Source: Promethearchaeota archaeon (GTDB lineage: Archaea; Asgardarchaeota; Lokiarchaeia; Sigyniarchaeales; SOKP01). From it: 14,260 nucleotides of DNA. The stretch is from the NCBI GenBank assembly GCA_048940925.1, contig JBHLOC010000069.1, positions 1 through 14,260 of the forward strand. Reading direction: 5' to 3'. Both the position numbers and the translations under genes were made by a program. The notes below the pieces were generated by a model. That model saw nothing but the letters and a program-made list of their open reading frames with translations. It did no database searches and was not told the DNA's origin. Of this stretch, positions 1 to 7,661 are shown in pieces. Every line of letters starts with the position of its first letter. Positions within the stretch are counted from its first letter, which is position 1.

Positions 1-842
1 ATAAATTTTTGATCCAATTCTTTTTGAGCTTTTAATTTTGAGAAGAAACAGGTTAATAAACAAATTAACAATGGAGAAAAAATAATAAATATTATATTGG
101 ATAGTATTTGGTAAAGAAATCTCATTTCGAAATTTCTTGGGGAGGGAAGATCTAATACAAGGTTAAAAATTGAGCTATAAATAAGGTTAATTATTCCTGT
201 AGATAAGAGATAAACGAGAGCGATTACAATTAATCTCCAGAAAGAACCTTTTGCGATAGAATGGGCTTTAGAAATCGGATTCTCAATATCTTGCATATTA
301 TAAGTGAATATTAAAAAAATATAGAAACCATATATGATAATTGATGGTATAAGAAAAAAAAAGATTCCAAGGGGAAAACCTATTCCAATTAACAATATAA
401 CCAAAAGTATTCTTTTATTGAATGAAGATTTAAATGATGAAATAAAATCAGCTTCTCCATTTTCATATTTCTTGTATAGAAAAGTGCTAACAGAACACAT
501 TGAAATTACAGTAATGATACCCCCTATACGCCCTCCAATTAAAGTTTGGAGAACAAATAAAAAAATACTCCAAATTAGAAATTGCAGGAATTCAATTATA
601 TATAAATTTGAAATATCTGGTGTACTTTCCATTTTTTCAACAAGATCTCTACCCAATTCAGCAATATATGACTCAAGTTCAGTTAATAATAAGATTTTTA
701 AAAAAATTGAAAGAATACCCAAAATTGCGAAAGGTATAATTATATAACCAAAATTTCTAAAAAATAATTTAAAACCGTCTCCAATTACCTCACTAAATCG
801 CTTATTTGCTAAATTCACTAATTTTTGGGGATCTTCTTCCAC
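1..842 (-). CDS. Multi-pass membrane protein, 3'-truncated at the window edge (at least 280 aa); not in the ORF track
   Basis: Manual translation from GTG at 842 (in-frame TAA upstream at 864-866) is open to position 1: MEEDPQKLVNLANKRFSEVIGDGFKLFFRNFGYIIIPFAILGILSIFLKILLL...AHSIAKGSFWRLIVIALVYLL...IIFSPLLICLLTCFFSKLKAQKELDQKF. It has about 5-6 hydrophobic segments. The pattern recalls GDPD-membrane-domain-like hypothetical proteins (family call uncertain). Confidence 0.85.
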   Translation of the reverse strand, partial: MEEDPQKLVNLANKRFSEVIGDGFKLFFRNFGYIIIPFAILGILSIFLKILLLTELESYIAELGRDLVEKMESTPDISNLYIIEFLQFLIWSIFLFVLQTLIGGRIGGIITVISMCSVSTFLYKKYENGEADFISSFKSSFNKRILLVILLIGIGFPLGIFFFLIPSIIIYGFYIFLIFTYNMQDIENPISKAHSIAKGSFWRLIVIALVYLLSTGIINLIYSSIFNLVLDLPSPRNFEMRFLYQILSNIIFIIFSPLLICLLTCFFSKLKAQKELDQKF

Positions 843-1002
843 ACTTCTAATAATAATAATATTTTATTTATAGTTTGTTATCAGATGATTTAATGAAAGG
901 ATTATAAGGAAGTGTAAAGGGTGTTAAATTAATAAAGTGTAACCTCATATATTTCAATATAATATTGAGATCTATAAATTCGTTATAAGAATCAAATTAT
1001 AT

Positions 1003-2076
1003 GTGATAGAATTGGACCTTAAATTTGGAATGGAACTTGGAACAAATAGTTCCATGATTATGATGAAAACTGAGACTTATATGAGAACCATTAAGTATAT
1101 AGATAAAATGGGATATGATTCGTTATTTCTCATGGATCATTTAAACCATATACCTCCCCGAGCAGAAATCCCAAGTTGTAATGTATTATTAGGCTGGGCT
1201 GCAGCAGAAACTAAGAACATTGATATAGGCTCCAGTGTAACCGATCCACATAGAAGACATCCAGCTCAAATTGCATTAGATTCTCTAACAATTCAAAAAA
1301 TCATAAAGAATCGTTTTATTTTAGGAATTGGTGCAGGAGAGGGGATGAATCTAATTAATTTCGGGATTCAATGGGATAAACCAGCTAAAAGACTTAAAGA
1401 AGCTGTTGAAGTAATAAAATTATTATGGAATACTTCTCAAAAGCGAAATTTAACCATAGATTACTCCGGTGAATTTTTTAATTTAAAGAATGCTAAACTA
1501 CAATATCCAACTAAAGTGTTACCCAAATTATGGCTTGGCGCTAATAGTCCAAGATTGATTGAATTTTCCGGAGAACAAGCTGATGGTTGGGTACCTATAA
1601 ATTATAACCCAAAACTCTATGAAAAACACTTGAAACTGTTGAAAAAAGCAGGTAGAATTAATGAGATTGAAAAGGCTTGTGAAATTTTTGTTTTTATTAG
1701 TGATGAAGATCCTAATAAAGCACACGAAGTTGGACGTAAAGTCGGTGCTTCATTATGCTTCATTCCAGAATTACTCGAGGATTATAACATAAAGATTCCA
1801 AAAGAATATAATTCACATCAAGTATTTAAACTGCCAATGGCAGAATTATTTACATATACGGATAAATTAAGAGAATATGCTTTAGAAAATATTCCAGAAA
1901 AAGTTATAGATTCAGTAATTATAGCAGGCTCTTCAGAGGAAATTATAGAACAAATAAGTGAATTTGTGAATGTCGGTGCTGAATACTTCATTGTTGAGCT
2001 TTTTGGTCTTGGGGAATATTTTAATGCATTAGAGCTATTTACGAAAAATATTTTTAAGTATTTTAAGGATTTGTAG
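1003..2076 (+). CDS. LLM-class (luciferase-like) oxidoreductase, probably F420-dependent (Mer/FGD/Adf-like)
   Basis: Motifs GYDSLFLMDH, VTDPHRRHPAQIA, RFILGIGAGEGMN, RLKEAVEVIKLLW, YSGEFF, ADGW and IAGSSEEIIEQI are typical of the LLM TIM barrel. The true start may be TTG at 1012 (MDLKFG), with GTGA upstream as a SD-like site. Confidence 0.9.
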   Translation: MIELDLKFGMELGTNSSMIMMKTETYMRTIKYIDKMGYDSLFLMDHLNHIPPRAEIPSCNVLLGWAAAETKNIDIGSSVTDPHRRHPAQIALDSLTIQKIIKNRFILGIGAGEGMNLINFGIQWDKPAKRLKEAVEVIKLLWNTSQKRNLTIDYSGEFFNLKNAKLQYPTKVLPKLWLGANSPRLIEFSGEQADGWVPINYNPKLYEKHLKLLKKAGRINEIEKACEIFVFISDEDPNKAHEVGRKVGASLCFIPELLEDYNIKIPKEYNSHQVFKLPMAELFTYTDKLREYALENIPEKVIDSVIIAGSSEEIIEQISEFVNVGAEYFIVELFGLGEYFNALELFTKNIFKYFKDL

Positions 2077-2180
2077 AAGGAAATAATTTAATTATAATTA
2101 TAGGTTATTTATAACCTTAAATTTAAAAATATTTTATTAAAGAATAATCCTGTTTTAATAATAAAATATGTAAAAGTTTT

Positions 2181-2200
2181 AAAAAAAAAAAAGAGAAAGA
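2181..2200 (-). terminator. Oligo-T/pyrimidine tract, candidate archaeal terminator for NMO paralogue A
   Basis: The minus strand reads TCTTTCTC followed by T12, about 10-30 nt after the stop at 2211. Confidence 0.5.
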
Positions 2201-2210
2201 GCTAATAGAA

Positions 2211-3290
2211 TCATTCTACGACTTTTATTGCATTTTTTAATGCTTTTTCTGCATCTTTGATAATCGTTTCAATGATATCTGAAACACTCTCGATTTGATT
2301 TATGATTCCTATACTCTGCCCTAATAGCACATAACCATTATCAACATCACCTTGATAGGCTAAAAGATAAGCCAATCCCTCCCTCCTTAACTCTTCGGCA
2401 AGTTCTTCCTTAGATATGGCAGCTCGATGTTCTTCCCTTGCTTTTTCCTCCGCAATCTTTTCTTCTTTACTTTTTACTAATCCTTTTGTCAGAGAAAATT
2501 TGTTCCTCCATAGTCTAATGGTTCCTAGACCTCCCGTTCTTACAATAGTATCTTGAGCTTTAGCAGGAGGTACTACGTTTTTATAATTTTCATGAAATTC
2601 ACTATCTTTAGATGCGATAAATCTTGATCCCATTGCAATTCCTCCTGCACCAAGAGCTAAAGCTGCAGCCATACCTGCTCCAGTTGCAAATCCTCCACAC
2701 GCAATTTTAGGAATATCTGGATGTTTTTGCTGTACTTGCTGTAATAGTACTAAACCCCCAACTTTTTCATAAGATTGGTGGCCTCCACCTTCAAAACCTG
2801 TTACCACAAGCCCGTCACATCCCGCTTCAACACATTTATCTGCTAACCAAAGCGCAGGAGCGACATGGAAATGCTTAACTTGTGTGTTTTCTCTTAATTT
2901 TTGGAAATCTTTATTCTGAGGAATTCTCCTTGCAGAACCCGCACTCGAGAGTACATATAAGCATTGCTCTCTCAATTTAGGATTTCCCATTATATGCTTT
3001 GAAGTTTCTGAGATCAATTTATCGCAATCTACTGTAAGTCTTGAAGTTCTTACGTTGAAACCAAAAATTCCATCAGTATGCTCAACCACATAATCAAGGT
3101 TTTTTTTCATTGCAACTAACGCAGATGTTTCACTCCCATCCATAGATTGGTTAGCATGAGAGATCATGCCAAGACCACCAGCTTCTGAGACCGCTATTGC
3201 CAATTCGGTTGTCCTGAAAGGACCCATCGCAGCACTTGCAATAGGATGCTTAATTCCAAACATTTCAGTAATATTAGTTTTAATTGTCAA
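2211..3290 (-). CDS. Nitronate monooxygenase / FabK-like FMN-dependent oxidoreductase, paralogue A
   Basis: MFGIKHPI, LAIAVSEAGGLGMI, GFEGGGH (catalytic His region), IACGGF, ALGAGGIAMGSRFIAS..SEFH and GQSIGII are present. TTG start with GGTGA 6 nt upstream. Confidence 0.92.
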   Translation of the reverse strand: MTIKTNITEMFGIKHPIASAAMGPFRTTELAIAVSEAGGLGMISHANQSMDGSETSALVAMKKNLDYVVEHTDGIFGFNVRTSRLTVDCDKLISETSKHIMGNPKLREQCLYVLSSAGSARRIPQNKDFQKLRENTQVKHFHVAPALWLADKCVEAGCDGLVVTGFEGGGHQSYEKVGGLVLLQQVQQKHPDIPKIACGGFATGAGMAAALALGAGGIAMGSRFIASKDSEFHENYKNVVPPAKAQDTIVRTGGLGTIRLWRNKFSLTKGLVKSKEEKIAEEKAREEHRAAISKEELAEELRREGLAYLLAYQGDVDNGYVLLGQSIGIINQIESVSDIIETIIKDAEKALKNAIKVVE

Positions 3291-3295
3291 AATCC

Positions 3296-3304
3296 ATCAC
3301 CTTC
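3296..3304 (-). promoter_or_regulatory. Shine-Dalgarno GAAGGTGAT for NMO paralogue A
   Basis: GGTGA (3297-3301) lies 6 nt before the TTG. An identical site precedes paralogue B at 4746-4750. Confidence 0.8.
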
Positions 3305-3357
3305 AATTTAATTTTGTGTAAAAAAATAGTTTTGTATTTTAATTGTTAGTTTTCATA

Positions 3358-3389
3358 TTATATATTTTCTTCTATCTTATTAGATAAAA
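3358..3389 (-). promoter_or_regulatory. Candidate proximal BRE-TATA promoter with an adjacent palindrome
   Basis: The minus strand reads AGAAAA-TATATAA at 3370-3358, about 70 nt before the TTG. The inverted repeat TATCT-tatt-AGATA (3373-3386) lies just upstream of the BRE. Identical at 4807-4838. Confidence 0.55.
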
Positions 3390-3487
3390 CTAAATTATGC
3401 TTTGAAATATGTGTCTAAAAAGAAATCCGAACTGAATCCAGTTATTAAATTCATCATAATCTATATTTTATTTTGTTTAAATTGTCA

Positions 3488-3535
3488 TTATTTCTTTTTG
3501 CTTGAAGAAGCGGTAATAATAGTTTTTATTGTCAA
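3488..3535 (-). other. 15-aa mini-ORF MTIKTIITASSSKKK copying the NMO N-terminus (leader peptide or gene remnant)
   Basis: TTG ACA ATA AAA ACT ATT ATT ACC...AAA TAA. It is preceded by GAAGGTGAT with the same 6-nt spacing as the real gene start 245 nt downstream. Confidence 0.6.
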
Positions 3536-3570
3536 ATTATATCACCTTCTATTCTAATTGAATTTCTAAC

Positions 3571-3585
3571 TAAATAAAACTTTCC
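3571..3585 (-). promoter_or_regulatory. Candidate distal BRE-TATA upstream of the mini-ORF (copy 1)
   Basis: The minus strand reads GGAAAG-TTTTATTTA about 36 nt before the mini-ORF TTG. The positional equivalent in copy 2 is GAAAAT-CTTATATT at 5034-5021. Confidence 0.45.
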
Positions 3586-3631
3586 TTAAAAGACCATTTA
3601 TTCTTCAGATATAAACTAGTGAATATTAGTT

Positions 3632-3640
3632 AAAAAAAAA
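3632..3640 (-). terminator. T9 tract, candidate terminator for NMO paralogue B
   Basis: Nine T on the minus strand, 20 nt after the stop at 3660. Confidence 0.45.
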
Positions 3641-3659
3641 TTGGAAATTGAAAATATAA

Positions 3660-4739
3660 TTAGACCACGTATGTTACTGCTTTTTTTAATGATTTTTCAG
3701 TATCTTTTATAATCGTTTCGATAATATCAGAAACGCTCTCAAGTTGGTTCACTATTCCTATACTTTGTCCTAATAACACTGATCCATTATCCATATCCCC
3801 TTCATATGCTGCAAAAGCGGCAATTGCATCTTTTCTTAATTCGTCAGCAAGTTCTTCTTTAGATATTGAAGATCGAAATTCTTCTTTTGCTTTTTCTTCA
3901 GCCATTTTTTCTTCTTTAGTTTTTACTAATCCTTTTGCTAAGGCGTATTTGTTCCTCCATAGTCTTATAGTTCCCAGAGCTCCTGTTCTCACAATAGTAT
4001 CTTGAGCTTTAGCAGGTGGCACTACATTTTTGTAGTTTTCATGAAATTCACTATCATGAGAAGCGATAAATCTTGATCCCATTGCAATTCCTCCTGCTCC
4101 GAGAGCTAGAGCTGCAGCCATACCCATACCGGTTGCAAATCCTCCACACGCAATTTTTGGAATATCTGGATATGTTTGCTGTACTTGTTGTAATAATACC
4201 AAACCACCAACTTTTTCATATGATTGGTGACCTCCTCCTTCAAAACCTGTTACCACAAGGCCGTCACATCCCGCATCAACACATTTGCCTGCTAACCAAA
4301 GCGCAGGGGCAACATGGAAATGCTTAATCTGTGTGTTTTCCCTTAATTTTTGGAAATCTTTGTTCTCAGGCATTCTTCGTGCTGAACCCGCACTGGTGAG
4401 TGCATACAAGCATTGCTCTCTCAACTTAGGATTTCCCATTATATGCTTTGAAGTTTCTGATATCAATTTGTCACAATCAACAGTAAGTCTCGAGGTTCTG
4501 ATATTAAATCCAAAAATTCCATCAGTATGCTCAACTACATAATCAAGGTTTTTTTTCATTGCAATTATTGTAGTTGCTTCCCTCCCATCCATAGATACGT
4601 TAGCATGAGAGATCATGCCAAGGCCACCGGCTTCTGAGACCGCTACTGCCAATTCAGTTGTCCTGAAAGGACCCATAGCGGCACTCGCGATTGGATGTTT
4701 AATTCCAAACATTTCAGTAATATTAGTTTTAATTGTCAA
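3660..4739 (-). CDS. Nitronate monooxygenase / FabK-like FMN-dependent oxidoreductase, paralogue B
   Basis: Same motifs and same length (359 aa) as 2211..3290. About 50 aa differences by manual count (about 86% identity). Confidence 0.92.
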   Translation of the reverse strand: MTIKTNITEMFGIKHPIASAAMGPFRTTELAVAVSEAGGLGMISHANVSMDGREATTIIAMKKNLDYVVEHTDGIFGFNIRTSRLTVDCDKLISETSKHIMGNPKLREQCLYALTSAGSARRMPENKDFQKLRENTQIKHFHVAPALWLAGKCVDAGCDGLVVTGFEGGGHQSYEKVGGLVLLQQVQQTYPDIPKIACGGFATGMGMAAALALGAGGIAMGSRFIASHDSEFHENYKNVVPPAKAQDTIVRTGALGTIRLWRNKYALAKGLVKTKEEKMAEEKAKEEFRSSISKEELADELRKDAIAAFAAYEGDMDNGSVLLGQSIGIVNQLESVSDIIETIIKDTEKSLKKAVTYVV

Positions 4740-4987
4740 AATCCATCACCTTCAATTTAATTTTGTGTAAAAAAATAGTTTTGTATTTTAATTGTTAGTT
4801 TTCATATTATATATTTTCTTCTATCTTATTAGATAAAACTAAATTATGCTTTGAAATATGTGTCTAAGAAGAAATCCGAACTGAATCCAGTTATTAAATT
4901 CATCATAATCTATATTTTATTTTGTTTAAATTGTCATTATTTATTTTTACTTGAAGAAGTGGTAATAATAGTTTTTATTGTCAAATT
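4699..4987. repeat. 289-bp direct repeat, copy 2
   Basis: 285/289 identical to 3250..3538. Confidence 0.95.
4937..4984 (-). other. 15-aa mini-ORF MTIKTIITTSSSKNK (copy 2)
   Basis: Same frame and length as 3488..3535. The upstream SD is degenerate (GAAAGTGTT instead of GAAGGTGAT). Confidence 0.5.
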
Positions 4988-5085
4988 CTAACACTTTCTA
5001 TTCATATGGATTTAGTAACAAATATAAGATTTTCTTTTTTAATTTTTTTTATAAGCCAAATTGTTTAAAGATTGCAAAATAAAAT

Positions 5086-6489
5086 TTAGCTATATTTAAT
5101 TACCTTCCATGGTTTTTTGGACCAATAAAGCAACACTCCGTTTTTCTCTGTTTTTTGTACTTTATTCTGAAATTCTAAGTAATCCAAATGAACTAAAGTT
5201 TCACTAACTGCAAGGATTTTATTCATCTGGTCCAAATCATCTCCGAAATGTTTAAGAGCAATCTGTAGGGGAGGCATTGGATTATTTTCAATGATTTTAG
5301 ATATCTCATAAAGACGATTCTGGTGGTGATTTTTAAGTGCTGTTATTCGTTTATGTGGATCGTAAATGATTTGTTCGTGTCCAGGTAGTATTATTTTGGA
5401 ATTCAATTTATCAATGCGATCTAGAGATCTAAGATAGTGTTCTAAGATATTTTCATAGTTATTTTTTTTATTAAATTCAATTGCACCTGGAATTGTAAGA
5501 GTGCCCAAGTGGGGTGTAATTTTACTTAATATGTGGTCTCCTGAGAATATTATTCCCTTTTTTGGGTAATAGACACAGATATGACCTACTGAATGACCTG
5601 GAGAATGTATAATTTGTAATTCACCATCTATAATTCTATCATTATCATTAAGCAATACATCGGGTTCAATATATCCAAATCTCGTCGATCCTGTACTAAA
5701 CCGTTGTATTATAAAATCAAGTTCTTTCTTGTCGAGTCCATATCTAATTAGTAATTCTCCCCTTGCTTTTGCCATTTTTTCTAAATTATCCTTGCTATAT
5801 AGATCTAATCTTAATTTGGCAAGTTCATGGGCAATTTTGTGCAAACATATTTTTACTTCTGGATTTGCTCTTTTTAAATCAGTTACAAGACCTGTATGAT
5901 CTGGATGCTCGTGAGTAATTATACAATAATCAATATTTTCAAAGTTTATATTTAATTCATTTAATGCTTTATAAAAAGCCTTTTTCCAATATTGCATAGA
6001 ATGCCCTGCATCAATTAGGACAAGATTATCTTTTATATCAAAAAGGTATAAGCTTATAATATTAGAGAAACCAACGTTTATCTGATTGATGTTCTCTAAC
6101 TTAAATACGTTATAATATTCAAAGTCTATTAAGTTTCTTATTTTTGATATAAAGCTTTCAAAATCATCATAATTTTTAACAGCTTTACCCAATTGAGGAT
6201 AATCATTCATTAAAGGATATTTGATTATATTATTAAAGAAATTTTTAAAAGAATCACCGTATTCCAAAAAAGATTCACTGAGATCGTGAGACGACCAAAA
6301 GAAATGTTGAATCATTTCTTCTGGAATCCTTATCCTTTTAGAAGCGTGTTTAATGAATTTTCTGATCGAGGTTTGGGGAGTAAATTTGATGAATTCTTGA
6401 AAAATAATATTCTTTTTTTTAGGATCTAAATTGAATATTTTTATTAATATCTTTAAATCTTCTTTGGGTATCTCAATTTCTCTTCTCAT
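5086..6489 (-). CDS. MBL-fold metallo-hydrolase with a C-terminal winged-helix-like tail and an approximately 125-aa N-terminal extension
   Basis: LVLIDAG, THEHPDH (HxHxDH), HSPGHSVGH, FSGDH and ILPGH metal-binding motifs. C-terminal AVSETLVHLDYL helix. Confidence 0.9.
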   Translation of the reverse strand: MRREIEIPKEDLKILIKIFNLDPKKKNIIFQEFIKFTPQTSIRKFIKHASKRIRIPEEMIQHFFWSSHDLSESFLEYGDSFKNFFNNIIKYPLMNDYPQLGKAVKNYDDFESFISKIRNLIDFEYYNVFKLENINQINVGFSNIISLYLFDIKDNLVLIDAGHSMQYWKKAFYKALNELNINFENIDYCIITHEHPDHTGLVTDLKRANPEVKICLHKIAHELAKLRLDLYSKDNLEKMAKARGELLIRYGLDKKELDFIIQRFSTGSTRFGYIEPDVLLNDNDRIIDGELQIIHSPGHSVGHICVYYPKKGIIFSGDHILSKITPHLGTLTIPGAIEFNKKNNYENILEHYLRSLDRIDKLNSKIILPGHEQIIYDPHKRITALKNHHQNRLYEISKIIENNPMPPLQIALKHFGDDLDQMNKILAVSETLVHLDYLEFQNKVQKTEKNGVLLYWSKKPWKVIKYS

Positions 6490-6537
6490 ATAAAAATCAT
6501 TAAGACTTATTTTGTATATAGATGTACGAAATTTTTG

Positions 6538-7413
6538 TTATGAAATTAGGTCTCTTCCATCAAATATTGGTTCCATTTCTAATTGGTTGGCTTTTATTTG
6601 CATTTCCTCCTCACGAGGACCACTTTTAAAGCGACTAGCAGCATCGAGTATTTTAGGTAAGAGATGAATATCAGAACTTGAATTGAGAAATATTCCTTCC
6701 TTATTTAAAACCCAATGAACTGCGCAGTCAATATCTGCTTGATCTTCAAAAGGTTCATACCATGTAGTCCGAATTCTTTCCTTATCACCCCAAGGACGGC
6801 GTGCAAGAGACTTTATTGTCTGTACTGCTACATTACGATCTTTACATAATTTTAAGAGATTTTCAAAATCCTTAGCATAAATAGGATTTTGTATCATCAT
6901 ATAGTTATAAGGTAATAGAACAGAGTCAAACTCAAAACGTTCCAAACTCTGAATGTGCATTGCAGCTACAGTATATCCATGACCCGTCACCCCTATATAT
7001 TTTACAAATCCTTGTTCGCGGGCTTCAATTAGAGCTTTCAAAGCCCCATTAGGTCCCATTACTTCTTTCCAGCTTCTTGGATTTGTCAAATTATGAATTT
7101 GTATTAAATCTATAAAAGAAACCTGCAATCTTTTGAGTGAAGCTTCTATTTGATCACGAGCATCTTGATAAGAACGCTTAAAAACTTTTGTGGCAAGGAA
7201 AAATTTATTACGGTATTTCTTCATCCAAGGACCAATTCGTAATTCTGATTCTCCATAGCCAGCAGCTGTGTCAATATGGTTAACTCCATATTTTAAAAGG
7301 ATCTCGAGTGTTGTATCCGCTTCCTCTTGAGTTACATCACTCAAAGCAGCTGCTCCAAAAATAACGCGTGTACTCAAATGTTCTGTATTACCAAATTTTT
7401 GTTTAACAATCAT
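6538..7413 (-). CDS. Aldo/keto reductase family oxidoreductase
   Basis: [15 protein letters not shown] (catalytic Asp/Tyr), FLATK (Lys), [16 protein letters not shown] (His) and [11 protein letters not shown]. Confidence 0.93.
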   Translation of the reverse strand: MIVKQKFGNTEHLSTRVIFGAAALSDVTQEEADTTLEILLKYGVNHIDTAAGYGESELRIGPWMKKYRNKFFLATKVFKRSYQDARDQIEASLKRLQVSFIDLIQIHNLTNPRSWKEVMGPNGALKALIEAREQGFVKYIGVTGHGYTVAAMHIQSLERFEFDSVLLPYNYMMIQNPIYAKDFENLLKLCKDRNVAVQTIKSLARRPWGDKERIRTTWYEPFEDQADIDCAVHWVLNKEGIFLNSSSDIHLLPKILDAASRFKSGPREEEMQIKANQLEMEPIFDGRDLIS

Positions 7414-7590
7414 TTTTCAAACTGTACTTTCTATACACTTTTATTCTTAATTAAAGAAATATAACTTTTCTAAAAAACTCTAATAAAATAATGATTAAAT
7501 GAGATTTATGGATTTCTTGTATAATTTAAAAAATATTCAGATTAATTATATTGAATTATTTCATTTGATCATCGCAAAAAAATATATTGG

Positions 7591-7608
7591 CGAAAAGTTT
7601 TTTAATAT
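7591..7608 (+). promoter_or_regulatory. Candidate BRE-TATA promoter for 7662..9140
   Basis: CGAAAAG followed by TTTTTTAATA, about 55 nt before the ATG. Confidence 0.45.
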
Positions 7609-7661
7609 TTAAAGAGAAATATTTAGCTGAGAATCAAATTAAATTAACTAAGTAATCCCCT

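Larger units (their letters stand above)
3250..3538. repeat. 289-bp direct repeat, copy 1 (first about 14 codons of the NMO gene plus 248 nt upstream)
   Basis: Matches 4699..4987 at a constant offset of 1449 with no indels. The only mismatches are at 3419, 3494, 3500 and 3511. Confidence 0.95.

Noticed and set aside
334-747. 137-aa plus-strand ORF
   Set aside because: Antisense shadow of the longer membrane-protein frame <1..842 (-).
1528-1725. 65-aa minus-strand ORF
   Set aside because: Lies wholly antisense within the LLM gene; no motifs.
2202-2213. TGA stop of NMO paralogue A as selenocysteine or readthrough
   Set aside because: It is at the same position as the TAA of paralogue B and is followed by an in-frame TAG three codons later.
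3420-3442. GTTCGGAT on the minus strand resembling a tRNA T-loop
   Set aside because: No supporting T-stem, acceptor stem or cloverleaf.
4073-4542. Two plus-strand ORFs (84 and 85 aa)
   Set aside because: Antisense to NMO paralogue B, with no equivalent ORFs listed over paralogue A.
3250-4987. Repeats as a CRISPR array, IS ends or a DGR template/variable pair
   Set aside because: Only two long copies, with no spacer periodicity, terminal inverted repeats, transposase or reverse transcriptase. Four mismatches are too few to show an adenine-specific pattern.
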